Below are positions 28,001-35,796 of a stretch of 55,547 bases of DNA, piece after piece. This stretch comes from a virus (lineage: Duplodnaviria > Caudoviricetes). The translations under genes were made by a program, and so were the position numbers. The notes under the pieces were generated by a model. It was not told the DNA's origin, did no database searches, and saw nothing but the letters and a program-made list of their open reading frames with translations. The stretch lies in the IMG/VR virus record IMGVR_UViG_3300037961_002849, positions 1 to 55,547 of that record; one strand, 5' to 3'. How positions within the stretch are numbered: the stretch's first letter is position 1; each line of letters starts with the position of its first letter.

Positions 28001-29172
28001 TCATCCATAGCCGTACCATCAATGATAATAGCTGGACCGACAGTGGTATTGCTGTTATTTTGGAACGTAGCGGTAATCTTTCCGGAAGCAGGCTTAGACT
28101 GATACACGACAGAGGACTCTACATCGATATTTATATTGTCAAAGCTTTCTGTATAGTCTCCATACACCAATCTATTTCCAGATATGCTAAGCGCGCTTGC
28201 TTTTAGCGGTACATTATCAAAGGTTTTGTCTACCTCTGAAGTAGCCACCGCTGGAAACATACCGTCATTAGAAAAATTAAATGTACCGCTAGCTGAAGTT
28301 CCGTTGTCTACTTCCCCAATCTTATAGAAGACTGTAGTCCCACCAAGACGGGCAAGGAATCGAATAGACTCAACTTCCGATCCGCCGTTCTGATAGGACA
28401 AAACAATCTTATTATTTTCTCGCTCAAACTCTTTCTCTATAACTCCAGCACCATAGGTGTTTGGGTTGATAGCTATCTTAGAGTATGTTGAAATAGCACT
28501 AACCTCTCCATCTTTGTAGATATATTGGTACGCAAACTGAAAGGTTTTGTCTAAAACGTTGTTACTTTTAGACGTTGAGTCTGTAGCGTAAGTAAAGGTG
28601 ATTGGTTGTAGCGGTGGGGTTTTACACACCGAAAAGAACTCTTTCCTTTCTTCATCTGTATAATAGTTGGAATTGGTTGAATCTCTCCAAATCTTATCTC
28701 GACTTGTGAGCATTCTATCAACATTAATTTTGTTTGGTTCGCCCTCCCCATCTGTAAAATACACAATAGCCTCATCGTCGCTATTAAAAACAACAGCTGC
28801 ATCTACAAAGCTATCTGCATTAAAAGTCAAAATACCGGTGGCTGAAAACAGTTTTTTATATTTGTCCGATACGGCATCGTACAGATATATCTGGTGGGTT
28901 GGGCCGACACTAACATGACAAAAGAAAAGAACGTACTGCTTCTTAGGCACAGTGATCGTACCCACAACGTTTACATTGGCACTGATAAAGCCACCATCAC
29001 TAGCGGCATCTTCTGAAATATGAGTGTTACCCTTAATGGTTTTAATAACACCAGCATTTCCATCGTCATCAGACGAAACCCTTACGTTCTCTGCATTCAA
29101 CATCTCTATCGGCTTGAGTAGCTTCTCATCCGAAGATTTGTTGAGATATTGTGGTACGTTTTTAATTATCAT
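25099..29172 (-). CDS. Tail stabilization/nozzle protein (P22 gp10-like, crAss-type)
   Basis: 1357 aa, beta-rich. FQFAYQYIYKDGEVSAIS, GNRLVYGDY and HNFGIVYYD motifs. Follows the ring proteins. Confidence 0.8.
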   Translation of the reverse strand: MIIKNVPQYLNKSSDEKLLKPIEMLNAENVRVSSDDDGNAGVIKTIKGNTHISEDAASDGGFISANVNVVGTITVPKKQYVLFFCHVSVGPTHQIYLYDAVSDKYKKLFSATGILTFNADSFVDAAVVFNSDDEAIVYFTDGEGEPNKINVDRMLTSRDKIWRDSTNSNYYTDEERKEFFSVCKTPPLQPITFTYATDSTSKSNNVLDKTFQFAYQYIYKDGEVSAISTYSKIAINPNTYGAGVIEKEFERENNKIVLSYQNGGSEVESIRFLARLGGTTVFYKIGEVDNGTSASGTFNFSNDGMFPAVATSEVDKTFDNVPLKASALSISGNRLVYGDYTESFDNINIDVESSVVYQSKPASGKITATFQNNSNTTVGPAIIIDGTAMDDSYPKGSIIRLKATLSGTSSGKYRLTKSSGFLFTDTFDIGSNTGSIGYGNASSGFIDVPFTTSKVFSHTIVVGSEMTKDEILDAVADAFAAESDINYTFTQGNSLVYNVNGIVTAVSGGGSSASLNDDVEAAVNFTEVNVNIEKDTSFSSTGKRRINLRLSSLKLQISYVSGLRAVRINNNTVSDTNATSVVTLTPSEFTYDTSAISVSVGADDTFEAGITSFKTSAVHNFGIVYYDGKGRSSFVQKIDGVHVGGYKAAGRGSNHGAVRIDLKIKHTPPSWAKKYQIVYGGNETYSNFMQFGVAGAHYKDSDEKIFLDIFPIEGSPDSYSNDKGANLEYTYKEGDVLRIISFNDSTQTQQYIDEQVFKVLGKEVITNASDVTPSRASTFVVIRDEDYSLKTYNGFTLTKVKASSDDWGQRVIVEILSPNTVNNDTIYHEIGEVYNITGGAHVGDATDGGYPVVQLTDGDVYFRPRDLLMAKYDTSNSEYDQDLYNEYLYVRKYVESPKASDFYDSAVTSMGRPHAINDDAKQVRRRSSVTYSDPFIADSSVLGLSSFNATTANFSDFEIRHGKIDRLVDQTDRLYVFQENKVGIVGVNRNLLETLSDQNVVVSNVVFSTPNYYAGDFGSSGYPAAVVERFGMMYFVDVKAQRVLRISRDGITPISDPNMDSFFDKNFSTYLTQSGKTEMDIVAGFDPDNSEYVLTSKDRGSYTGFTLAYSHNKRVFTSFYSFSPHMYAHLNDTFFSFKPVTVSGQTEIMWKHGASSSYGNFYGSNYSAKVTIVANANPSMVKAFQALSIEGDSLWSATVSTSDQTTSIATGDFDERERGYYAAIPRDTTASTANYITIGTVDDVTGTAVTFDNRINRMPIPLGAALHKVDGTTMTNLNATISSIDGSKKITTNTALSSSEEGKILVAKLTAKDEGDALRDYYAKVELTNSVHDSKSELYGINTIFVDSPMHSALNQR

Positions 29173-29996
29173 AATTTAGGAGCCTGCTTGGTATTCTTAC
29201 GAATAGTCTTGAGCGCTTCTTCTTTGGTGAATGTTTTCATTCTAGAATTAGCAAGTCTACGCTCATTGTAATATTCTGTGCGTGCGCGCATCTTTTCCCC
29301 CATGGGGACACTAGCCTTGTTCTGAACGAGCTTGTAATATATGTATGCACGCAATGCCTCCTCCATAAACACATGGACCGTAGGGTTCTTACTGCGCGCT
29401 TCATCACAAACATACTCCATAACAACAGCGCTTACGCCATCATTTATGCTTAATTCTATACGGCTTTGATCAAGGTTGATTCTATACTCACCGTTGTACT
29501 GTCCTCCACCAAGACCATATAACTGACCATTACTATTTTCGTACAAGTAGTTTCTAAATACATAAGAGTCGTATCCCCTAAGAGCGTTATACTCTTCTCC
29601 ACTCTCTGTAACATCTACTCTATCGAAAACTCCATCAGAGTCAGAATCTATAGCGTTGGCTGCAACTAGGTCGCTGCCGGAGGTAACCTTATACTTTTGG
29701 GCAATATGCATATTTCTGTTTTCACCAAAAACATACACCAGGCCGTCAGCACCAATAACACCAATCTTGATTAAGTCCACATAATCGTCTGGTAATTCAA
29801 CGGTATTATTGGTCGCATTTACATTCATCTTTAACGACCTAATCTTTTGAGAGATATCAAAGCCCATTTCGCGAATACCGCGAAGTGCAAATGTTCTTAC
29901 GATTGTATCTGTAGCATTGGCCACAAAGTCATCTCCATCAATGGTGATGATGAAGTCGTTAACTATCTGTTCTAAGTTTACGTAATTCCTAGCCAT
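29169..29996 (-). CDS. Tail ring/tubular (head-tail adaptor) protein
   Basis: ELPDDYVDLIKIG motif and synteny. Confidence 0.7.
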   Translation of the reverse strand: MARNYVNLEQIVNDFIITIDGDDFVANATDTIVRTFALRGIREMGFDISQKIRSLKMNVNATNNTVELPDDYVDLIKIGVIGADGLVYVFGENRNMHIAQKYKVTSGSDLVAANAIDSDSDGVFDRVDVTESGEEYNALRGYDSYVFRNYLYENSNGQLYGLGGGQYNGEYRINLDQSRIELSINDGVSAVVMEYVCDEARSKNPTVHVFMEEALRAYIYYKLVQNKASVPMGEKMRARTEYYNERRLANSRMKTFTKEEALKTIRKNTKQAPKL

Positions 29997-30733
29997 TATT
30001 TACTTTTTTTAATATCCTCTTGGCTTGCATAGGTAAACACATCTTTGTCTCTCAAGTTAATGCCTATAAGCATCGCAAGCTCAATCACTAGTTCGGGAAC
30101 ATAATGATCTGGCAATTCAAAATCTACACTCGTAGCTGCATTATATACATGCACGCCATTAGATGTGTTAAACCCAAATGAAGGCAAACTAGCTGTACGG
30201 GCCCCCGTTGTGGGATTTATTCCTTCTGGGTATTTGTAGTATGTCATTCTTACCTTCTGAATACCGGTAGGGAAAACCTCTATATCATCTGAAACCAAAG
30301 CTATTGGATGAGATTCACTGGGAGCGGACAAATCACTTTTTAATATGTAGTCGATCTTAGACTCATCATATAATATTTCTACGTTGACCCTTGTACTTTC
30401 GCCCAACAAAATAGACCCGGTAGAAGTTATTGCTATCAAGTACGCAAAATCGTCTGGTTTTGCAAATACCCCATTAGCCCTGGACAAAGTAGATGTTTTA
30501 GCCAAGATAGATAAATCTTCTTTCGTTTGATTAACGGTAGACAAATGACGTCCACTATCAGCTTGGCGTAAGCGTAAGCGCTTACCTTTATTAAGCCCTT
30601 CAAACATGCCTCTAAAGACATTTACCTGCGCGATCTGAGCAAAGTTGTTGAACACAGATGGCGTGACAAAACCTTTTTGCTCCTTATTTGCGAGGTCTTT
30701 TAGGGTGTTATATACCGTATTAACACTAGCCAT
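29996..30733 (-). CDS. Tail ring/tubular protein
   Basis: ANKEQKGFVTPSVFN and DFELP motifs, synteny. Confidence 0.7.
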   Translation of the reverse strand: MASVNTVYNTLKDLANKEQKGFVTPSVFNNFAQIAQVNVFRGMFEGLNKGKRLRLRQADSGRHLSTVNQTKEDLSILAKTSTLSRANGVFAKPDDFAYLIAITSTGSILLGESTRVNVEILYDESKIDYILKSDLSAPSESHPIALVSDDIEVFPTGIQKVRMTYYKYPEGINPTTGARTASLPSFGFNTSNGVHVYNAATSVDFELPDHYVPELVIELAMLIGINLRDKDVFTYASQEDIKKSK

Positions 30734-30754
30734 TTTATTACTTTTAGATACTTA

Positions 30755-30762
30755 CAAATATA
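30755..30762 (-). promoter_or_regulatory. -7 box TATATTTG
   Basis: Directly downstream of a terminator. Confidence 0.6.
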
Positions 30763-30764
30763 CC

Positions 30765-30792
30765 AAAAAGAAAGGGGCGGTTTCCCGCCCCT
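30765..30792 (-). terminator. Rho-independent terminator
   Basis: AGGGGCGG-TTTC-CCGCCCCT stem with a U-rich tail on the - strand. Confidence 0.75.
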
Positions 30793-30821
30793 CGCCTTAT
30801 AACTTAATGAGTATCAATATA

Positions 30822-31604
30822 TTATAAATTACCCACTTTTTGCTCTAACTCGCTAAGGACCAAGGCCCCTTTATCTGTCATACAGAAACGAGTTAATACA
30901 TCTATCGAATCTTGTCCTGCTGGTGTAGAAACGATTAGTCTACCGCTATCAAACCAATAACAACCAGACGGGTCTATTTTGATTACTTGATACATGTCAG
31001 CCTTCTTAACCGTAGCTCTTACAGCAACCATGGGGTTGTCAAAGCTTTGCAAGAAGCCTCCGGGATTAGAACGAGCCTGCTGCAGAAGATCAAAACGAAT
31101 CTCACTTGCAGGTCTATCTACGTTTATGTTATAGAATAAAGCAATAGGAACAAGATCGTCAATACCTTTATCTCTTACCGCATTTACTGCATCAAGAACT
31201 TCAAACTCTTGATTTAACTGCTCCTCAGCATTCTTCTCGTTGTCAACCATGTGGAATCTATCTCCTCCATTCGCAGCATTACCGGGATGCAAATCTAAAT
31301 ACTTAATTAGATTCGGCTTGGTATAGGGAACGTACAAAAGCTTGTCATAAAACATGACGTGTTCTCTTTTTGCAAATTCACTTTGTTCATCTCTCCAAAC
31401 AGATCTTTCGTTTGGACAATAACGCAACTCTCGAACAGTGTTGCTGGTTTCATCATAAACAGTTACTCCGCCTTGTGGCAAGGAGTATACAATACCTCCA
31501 CCTTTAGTAACTGCATATACTCTGTCTTTTTTTTCAAAGACTTCTTTTTTTGAAGCTGCTTTACTAGATTTTGTAGCAGCCTTTTTTACTGATGCTGATG
31601 CCAT
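30822..31604 (-). CDS. Conserved protein downstream of the major capsid gene
   Basis: RELRYCPNERS and LHPGN motifs, synteny. Confidence 0.65.
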   Translation of the reverse strand: MASASVKKAATKSSKAASKKEVFEKKDRVYAVTKGGGIVYSLPQGGVTVYDETSNTVRELRYCPNERSVWRDEQSEFAKREHVMFYDKLLYVPYTKPNLIKYLDLHPGNAANGGDRFHMVDNEKNAEEQLNQEFEVLDAVNAVRDKGIDDLVPIALFYNINVDRPASEIRFDLLQQARSNPGGFLQSFDNPMVAVRATVKKADMYQVIKIDPSGCYWFDSGRLIVSTPAGQDSIDVLTRFCMTDKGALVLSELEQKVGNL

Positions 31605-31674
31605 CTTATAATAGTATTAAATTAAAATAAAAAAGATATAAGGGGGAACCGAAGCTCCCCCCATATCATAGTAA

Positions 31675-33039
31675 TTACTTAGTAATCAAAGCGTGACGGT
31701 TAGCGCCACGAGTTACCAAACAAACCTCAGAGCGGTAGTTGAACTGAGCAAAGTCATTACCGTCCGTGCTAGCACCTAACACAGAACCAGTTAGCCAGTG
31801 CTCCATCTCACGGCTGTAGCCGTTAGAAGCTTTGTAGTTCAATTCCAATGATGGGTTGCGATCACCAGTCTTAGCATCTACTACTGTAGATAGTGGGATA
31901 GCAGCACCAATAAACTCTTTAGCTTCTCCCAACAATTGTGGATCGTTCAAAAGCTTCCAGTCATGCTTGTGGAAAGTATATCCACCACGTTGGAAAGATT
32001 TGAAACCTAGCTGTACAGCCATGTCCGCATCGTTGTTGAATGCTCCGAATTGAGTTGCAATACCAGAGGTTAATGAAGAAGCGCTTCCTTTAGCTAGCAA
32101 GTCATCGATAGCTAAGTCTTGGTCACGGTTAACGTACAATGCGTACTCAGCGTTAGCACCTTGCTTGTCAAACTCTTTAATCAAGTTGTCAAAGTCAGAT
32201 AGAGCAAGCATTGCTGCTTCAGAAGCACAAGCGACATTGATACCGCGGTCAGCGATTGCTGCAAAGTAACCTTCAGAACCAGAAATACCGCTCAATGCAG
32301 CATCTGATGAAGTTACTTTTTGACCTAACAACATCATCATTTCACGCTTGTCCATGAAACGCTGACGAGTATCAGCTTCGTTTTTCATATACCAGCGGTA
32401 GTCACCGTTGCCCAAGTTAATCCAACCGATGTTAGTAGCTTGAGAACCAGAAACTTTGTAAGTTTCTTTCAAGATCATGTAATCGTTTGTACGCTTAGTA
32501 ACGTTGCTTTCGTAGAATTCGCTTGGCTGGTCAGTACCTTGTGCATACAAGTTACCAACGATTGCCATCTTACCAGAACCAACTGCGAGCTCTGGCAAGT
32601 TGCCAGTTACTAAGTTTTTGATAACGTAACTAGTACCCGCTGTTACTGCTGAAACGTAAGCACGCTGACCACCAGCTAGCAATACGACATCTCCTACACG
32701 AACAAAAGTAGTTTTAGAACCTAATGTTACAGTTTGAGAATTACCTGCAGCAATTGCAGAACTAGATACAGTGTACTCTTGGATCGGGTGTAGACGAGTC
32801 TCTTCCCACCATTGTACTTGGTCGTTAGTACCGGCAGCCTTAACAGCACCAGTAAGTTTCAAGAAACCGGTGATACCTTGATCACCGAATGTTTTTACCA
32901 ACAATTCACGGTTATCCGGCTTGTTGATTTCGTCGATAAAATCGCCTAGCGCGCTATATTTTTCAATCGTTGCGCGGCGTACGATATTTTCTGATGGGCT
33001 ATCAGCATCGTTATATGCCCCAGTAATTGTAGAAGCCAT
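31675..33039 (-). CDS. Major capsid protein
   Basis: 454 aa following the scaffold. GSEGYFAAI and LGFKSFQRGGYTFHKHDWKLLND motifs; highly expressed codon style. Confidence 0.85.
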   Translation of the reverse strand: MASTITGAYNDADSPSENIVRRATIEKYSALGDFIDEINKPDNRELLVKTFGDQGITGFLKLTGAVKAAGTNDQVQWWEETRLHPIQEYTVSSSAIAAGNSQTVTLGSKTTFVRVGDVVLLAGGQRAYVSAVTAGTSYVIKNLVTGNLPELAVGSGKMAIVGNLYAQGTDQPSEFYESNVTKRTNDYMILKETYKVSGSQATNIGWINLGNGDYRWYMKNEADTRQRFMDKREMMMLLGQKVTSSDAALSGISGSEGYFAAIADRGINVACASEAAMLALSDFDNLIKEFDKQGANAEYALYVNRDQDLAIDDLLAKGSASSLTSGIATQFGAFNNDADMAVQLGFKSFQRGGYTFHKHDWKLLNDPQLLGEAKEFIGAAIPLSTVVDAKTGDRNPSLELNYKASNGYSREMEHWLTGSVLGASTDGNDFAQFNYRSEVCLVTRGANRHALITK

Positions 33040-33061
33040 TTTTTAAAATCTTTTGGCGTTA

Positions 33062-34177
33062 TTATTTAAACTTCATCACGTTGTCTTTGCCTCCTAATAA
33101 AGCATTGACAATTTGATCTTCAACTGGATTTCGATCTTTAGTTTGTTGAACCGGGCTAGAGGCATCGACATTAGCGGCACGAGTTACAATGTTTTTCTGC
33201 CCATCACCAAGTCCTTGGCGGTAAGCAGACTGAACAATACTATCGATATTGTCGATAATAGTACGGTGTGCACTTAATGTCTCATGATCCCAAGAACCAG
33301 AGGCATCAACATATTGATCGAAAAACTCATCAAGTCGAGCATTCTTGTCTTTTAACGACGAGCGGTAATTGCTATCTATAGTATACTTGAACTCATTTCC
33401 TTTACCTAAATCGAAATCTAGGGATTCCATGTTGTCAACTACTTTAGACATAGTGCTTACCCACTTGTCGTCTATCGGACTTTGAATCTCTTGCTCTTGA
33501 GGCTCTGCTTTTTCTACTGGCAACATATATCCATTTCGGACTTCATTGATTTTAGAGCGCGCCTTATCAGCATCCATTTTTAACTGAAGCTTAGAGTATG
33601 AGATTTCTTGTTCATCGTACATATTCTCATCCACCTTGTACTTCTTGTCCATAAGGAGACTGATCTCTTCGTTAGAAAGATTAGGGAAATCACTTGCTAA
33701 TTCTAGCCTAACTACCGATAAATCGTCCATTTCGGACGGGTTTAATGATTGATAGCGAAACCAGTCTTCTGGGCTGCGACCCGTCTTCTCAACAAAGTCA
33801 GCAATAACCTTAATACTTTCTGGCAAAAGAATCTCTTCTTGAACCGGAGTTTCATTTCCAAAGCTAACGTCATCCCAAGAACTGAACTTGGTATCCATCT
33901 TTTCATTTAGATACTCTAAGAACGTAGCGTCTATATCGATGTCGTCATCTTCTGTCGAAGAACTTTGCTGTATTTGTTCCGGCTCAGCTTCCGGTTTATC
34001 TTCCTCCGCTATTGGGGCCTCTGGCTCCTCTACGGGTGTTTCTTCTTTTACCTCTTCTGTAGCGGTAGGTTCAACTACTTCAGCAGAAGAATCGCTTTTA
34101 AATTCCGGAGTATCGCTAATTTCGACACCCATTGCAGAAGCCGCAGCTTCTAGTGATGATTGAACTGAACTTGCCAT
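33062..34177 (-). CDS. Capsid scaffolding protein
   Basis: Acidic, disordered N-terminus. Directly upstream of the capsid gene. Confidence 0.7.
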   Translation of the reverse strand: MASSVQSSLEAAASAMGVEISDTPEFKSDSSAEVVEPTATEEVKEETPVEEPEAPIAEEDKPEAEPEQIQQSSSTEDDDIDIDATFLEYLNEKMDTKFSSWDDVSFGNETPVQEEILLPESIKVIADFVEKTGRSPEDWFRYQSLNPSEMDDLSVVRLELASDFPNLSNEEISLLMDKKYKVDENMYDEQEISYSKLQLKMDADKARSKINEVRNGYMLPVEKAEPQEQEIQSPIDDKWVSTMSKVVDNMESLDFDLGKGNEFKYTIDSNYRSSLKDKNARLDEFFDQYVDASGSWDHETLSAHRTIIDNIDSIVQSAYRQGLGDGQKNIVTRAANVDASSPVQQTKDRNPVEDQIVNALLGGKDNVMKFK

Positions 34178-34204
34178 ATAAATTGATTTTCAATAAATTA
34201 TACA

Positions 34205-34212
34205 CAAAGATA
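34205..34212 (-). promoter_or_regulatory. -7 box TATCTTTG for scaffold/capsid operon
   Basis: Intergenic consensus match. Confidence 0.65.
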
Positions 34213-34262
34213 GGTATAAAAACATTTTTTTTAGAGCAGGGGTTGAAATTGTAAACAAAAGT

Positions 34263-34283
34263 TAATAACTTGGCACTAGTTAA
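34263..34283 (+). promoter_or_regulatory. Promoter-like motif TAATAACTTGGCACTAGTTAA
   Basis: 19/21 identical to 6821-6841. Confidence 0.55.
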
Positions 34284-34301
34284 GCTTAAAAGATATGCCT
34301 T

Positions 34302-34676
34302 ATGAAGAATGTAATTCTAGTGTTAGCAATTTTATTAGTAACACAAACTCAAGCACAAAGTCTATTTAAAGACACCCGAGTGGTAAACGGAGTAAGATAT
34401 ACCGCTGCGTACAACAGCCCGGAAAAGGTAATGTATGTTCAGCAAGACCACTTTGATTTTACTCTAGCTGCAGACAGCTTTTCAATTCAAGTAATGAACG
34501 ATATTCAGTGGAATGCGTACGTAGACTTTATTGTTAAAGAAGAGGATGCTTTTTTTAGAGATGGGATGTACTATCTTCCCAATGATGAGCAAGTATTTAA
34601 TACAAAAAAAGAAGATGAGTTTTTAGATGGCACATACATCTACCATCTTTTTGGGTCAGTGGATAGTGGTCAATAG
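34302..34676 (+). CDS. Exported protein with signal peptide, oppositely oriented (moron-like)
   Basis: MKNVILVLAILLVTQTQA/Q signal peptide. Has its own promoter and terminator. Confidence 0.75.
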   Translation: MKNVILVLAILLVTQTQAQSLFKDTRVVNGVRYTAAYNSPEKVMYVQQDHFDFTLAADSFSIQVMNDIQWNAYVDFIVKEEDAFFRDGMYYLPNDEQVFNTKKEDEFLDGTYIYHLFGSVDSGQ

Positions 34677-34696
34677 GGTTTTTACTGATTGGTATT

Positions 34697-34728
34697 AAAA
34701 AGAAGAGGGGCTTAGCGCCCCTCTTTTT
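34697..34728. terminator. Bidirectional terminator between convergent genes
   Basis: AAGAGGGGC-TTAGC-GCCCCTCTT flanked by A and T tracts. Confidence 0.85.
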
Positions 34729-35164
34729 ATTTGTCTCCGTATTTTTTGCGGAAATCAGCCACGGCTTTTGACCGGGCTTCATCATAAACGTTTTTTGATT
34801 TAGACATTTTTACAAGATCAGAATAATCAGAATCAGACATAGCCATGTCTTTACCCGATTCATCAATAGAATACTTTCCTCCTACACCGGCTTGTCTCAA
34901 ACCCTCACGCATATAATTAGCGGTCAGCATCATTAACTCTCTCTGCGGGTCAATTGCTCCGCCATCTTCGTACTCGTCTTCTGACATCATACCGCCTTTT
35001 GCCATCATGGATTCTTTCTCTGGCATCATACCACCATACTCCATGAGCATTTCCTTGGCTATCTCGCGTTGCTTAGGATCTTTTAGCAAAGCTGCCATCA
35101 TGCCGCCCGAAGCGTACATTTCTTTCATTTCGCCGCCTTTGGCATATTTCTTTCCTATTTTCAT
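34727..35164 (-). CDS. Small Met-rich putative virion cargo protein with repeated (Y/M)xxGG motifs
   Basis: YAKGG, YASGG, MEYGG, MAKGG and YEDGG. Confidence 0.7.
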   Translation of the reverse strand: MKIGKKYAKGGEMKEMYASGGMMAALLKDPKQREIAKEMLMEYGGMMPEKESMMAKGGMMSEDEYEDGGAIDPQRELMMLTANYMREGLRQAGVGGKYSIDESGKDMAMSDSDYSDLVKMSKSKNVYDEARSKAVADFRKKYGDK

Positions 35165-35191
35165 AATTATGTCATTTGTTACGTAACGTCA

Positions 35192-35199
35192 CAAAGATA
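35192..35199 (-). promoter_or_regulatory. -7 box TATCTTTG
   Basis: Intergenic consensus match. Confidence 0.6.
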
Positions 35200-35233
35200 A
35201 AAAAGAAAAGGCCCCCTTATCGGGAGCCCTCTT

Positions 35234-35410
35234 TTAGCTGTGCTGTGTCATTACCTTAAACGGAACCTCTAATGATCCACCCTTATGTGGCTTGAACTCG
35301 CCCTCGTGAGGCATCAAAAAGTAACGTCCTCTTTCGGTCATCCAATGATAACCGCTAGGAGCCTTGACGCTTACTTCCTTTTTTTTGTTTTCTTTTCTTT
35401 GAACTTTCAT
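35234..35410 (-). CDS. Small basic protein (APSGYHWM motif); likely start MKVQRK
   Basis: ORF with an in-frame ATG at 35410. Confidence 0.6.
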   Translation of the reverse strand: MKVQRKENKKKEVSVKAPSGYHWMTERGRYFLMPHEGEFKPHKGGSLEVPFKVMTQHS

Positions 35411-35471
35411 CGCAACAGATATTTTTTTTAGCACACTTGCACTCCTTAGGTTCTAATACACACCACGTCAT
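35355..35471 (-). CDS. 38-aa Cys/Lys-rich peptide (MTWCVLEPKECKCAKKNICC...), not in ORF track
   Basis: Manual translation. ATGA-coupled to the upstream peptide gene. Confidence 0.35.
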   Translation of the reverse strand: MTWCVLEPKECKCAKKNICCDESSKKRKQKKGSKRQGS

Positions 35472-35572
35472 GAGCCACACGCTTCACAGTCTTCCGGGTT
35501 GGAGATGTTACACGTCGGTTGGTCAGCAGCTTCTAGATCAGTTACCCAAGAAGCAAAAGAGTCTTGTCCCAT
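35468..35572 (-). CDS. 34-aa peptide ending CNISNPEDCEACGS (NrdA C-tail-like), not in ORF track
   Basis: Manual translation: MGQDSFASWVTDLEAADQPTCNISNPEDCEACGS. AT-rich leader. Confidence 0.7.
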   Translation of the reverse strand: MGQDSFASWVTDLEAADQPTCNISNPEDCEACGS

Positions 35573-35611
35573 AGTATTATGAGTTTTAAAAATTAATAAA
35601 AAAAATGGTAA

Positions 35612-35794
35612 TTATTTACCCTTCACGGCATCTATAACATCCTTCGCCTCATCCACAGCATTGCTAGCCCTACGCTGCGTTTCTTCTACGGCTGCTATAA
35701 CTTTCTCGTCTAGCTCAGTCTGACCTAGAACGTATTTCCAAAAACGGCTATAGGTTTCTTTAATCCAAAGCCAAAATACTTTTAAATGTTTCAT
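35612..35794 (-). CDS. Small membrane-associated hypothetical protein
   Basis: Trp-rich amphipathic N-terminus. Confidence 0.65.
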   Translation of the reverse strand: MKHLKVFWLWIKETYSRFWKYVLGQTELDEKVIAAVEETQRRASNAVDEAKDVIDAVKGK

Positions 35795-35796
35795 AT

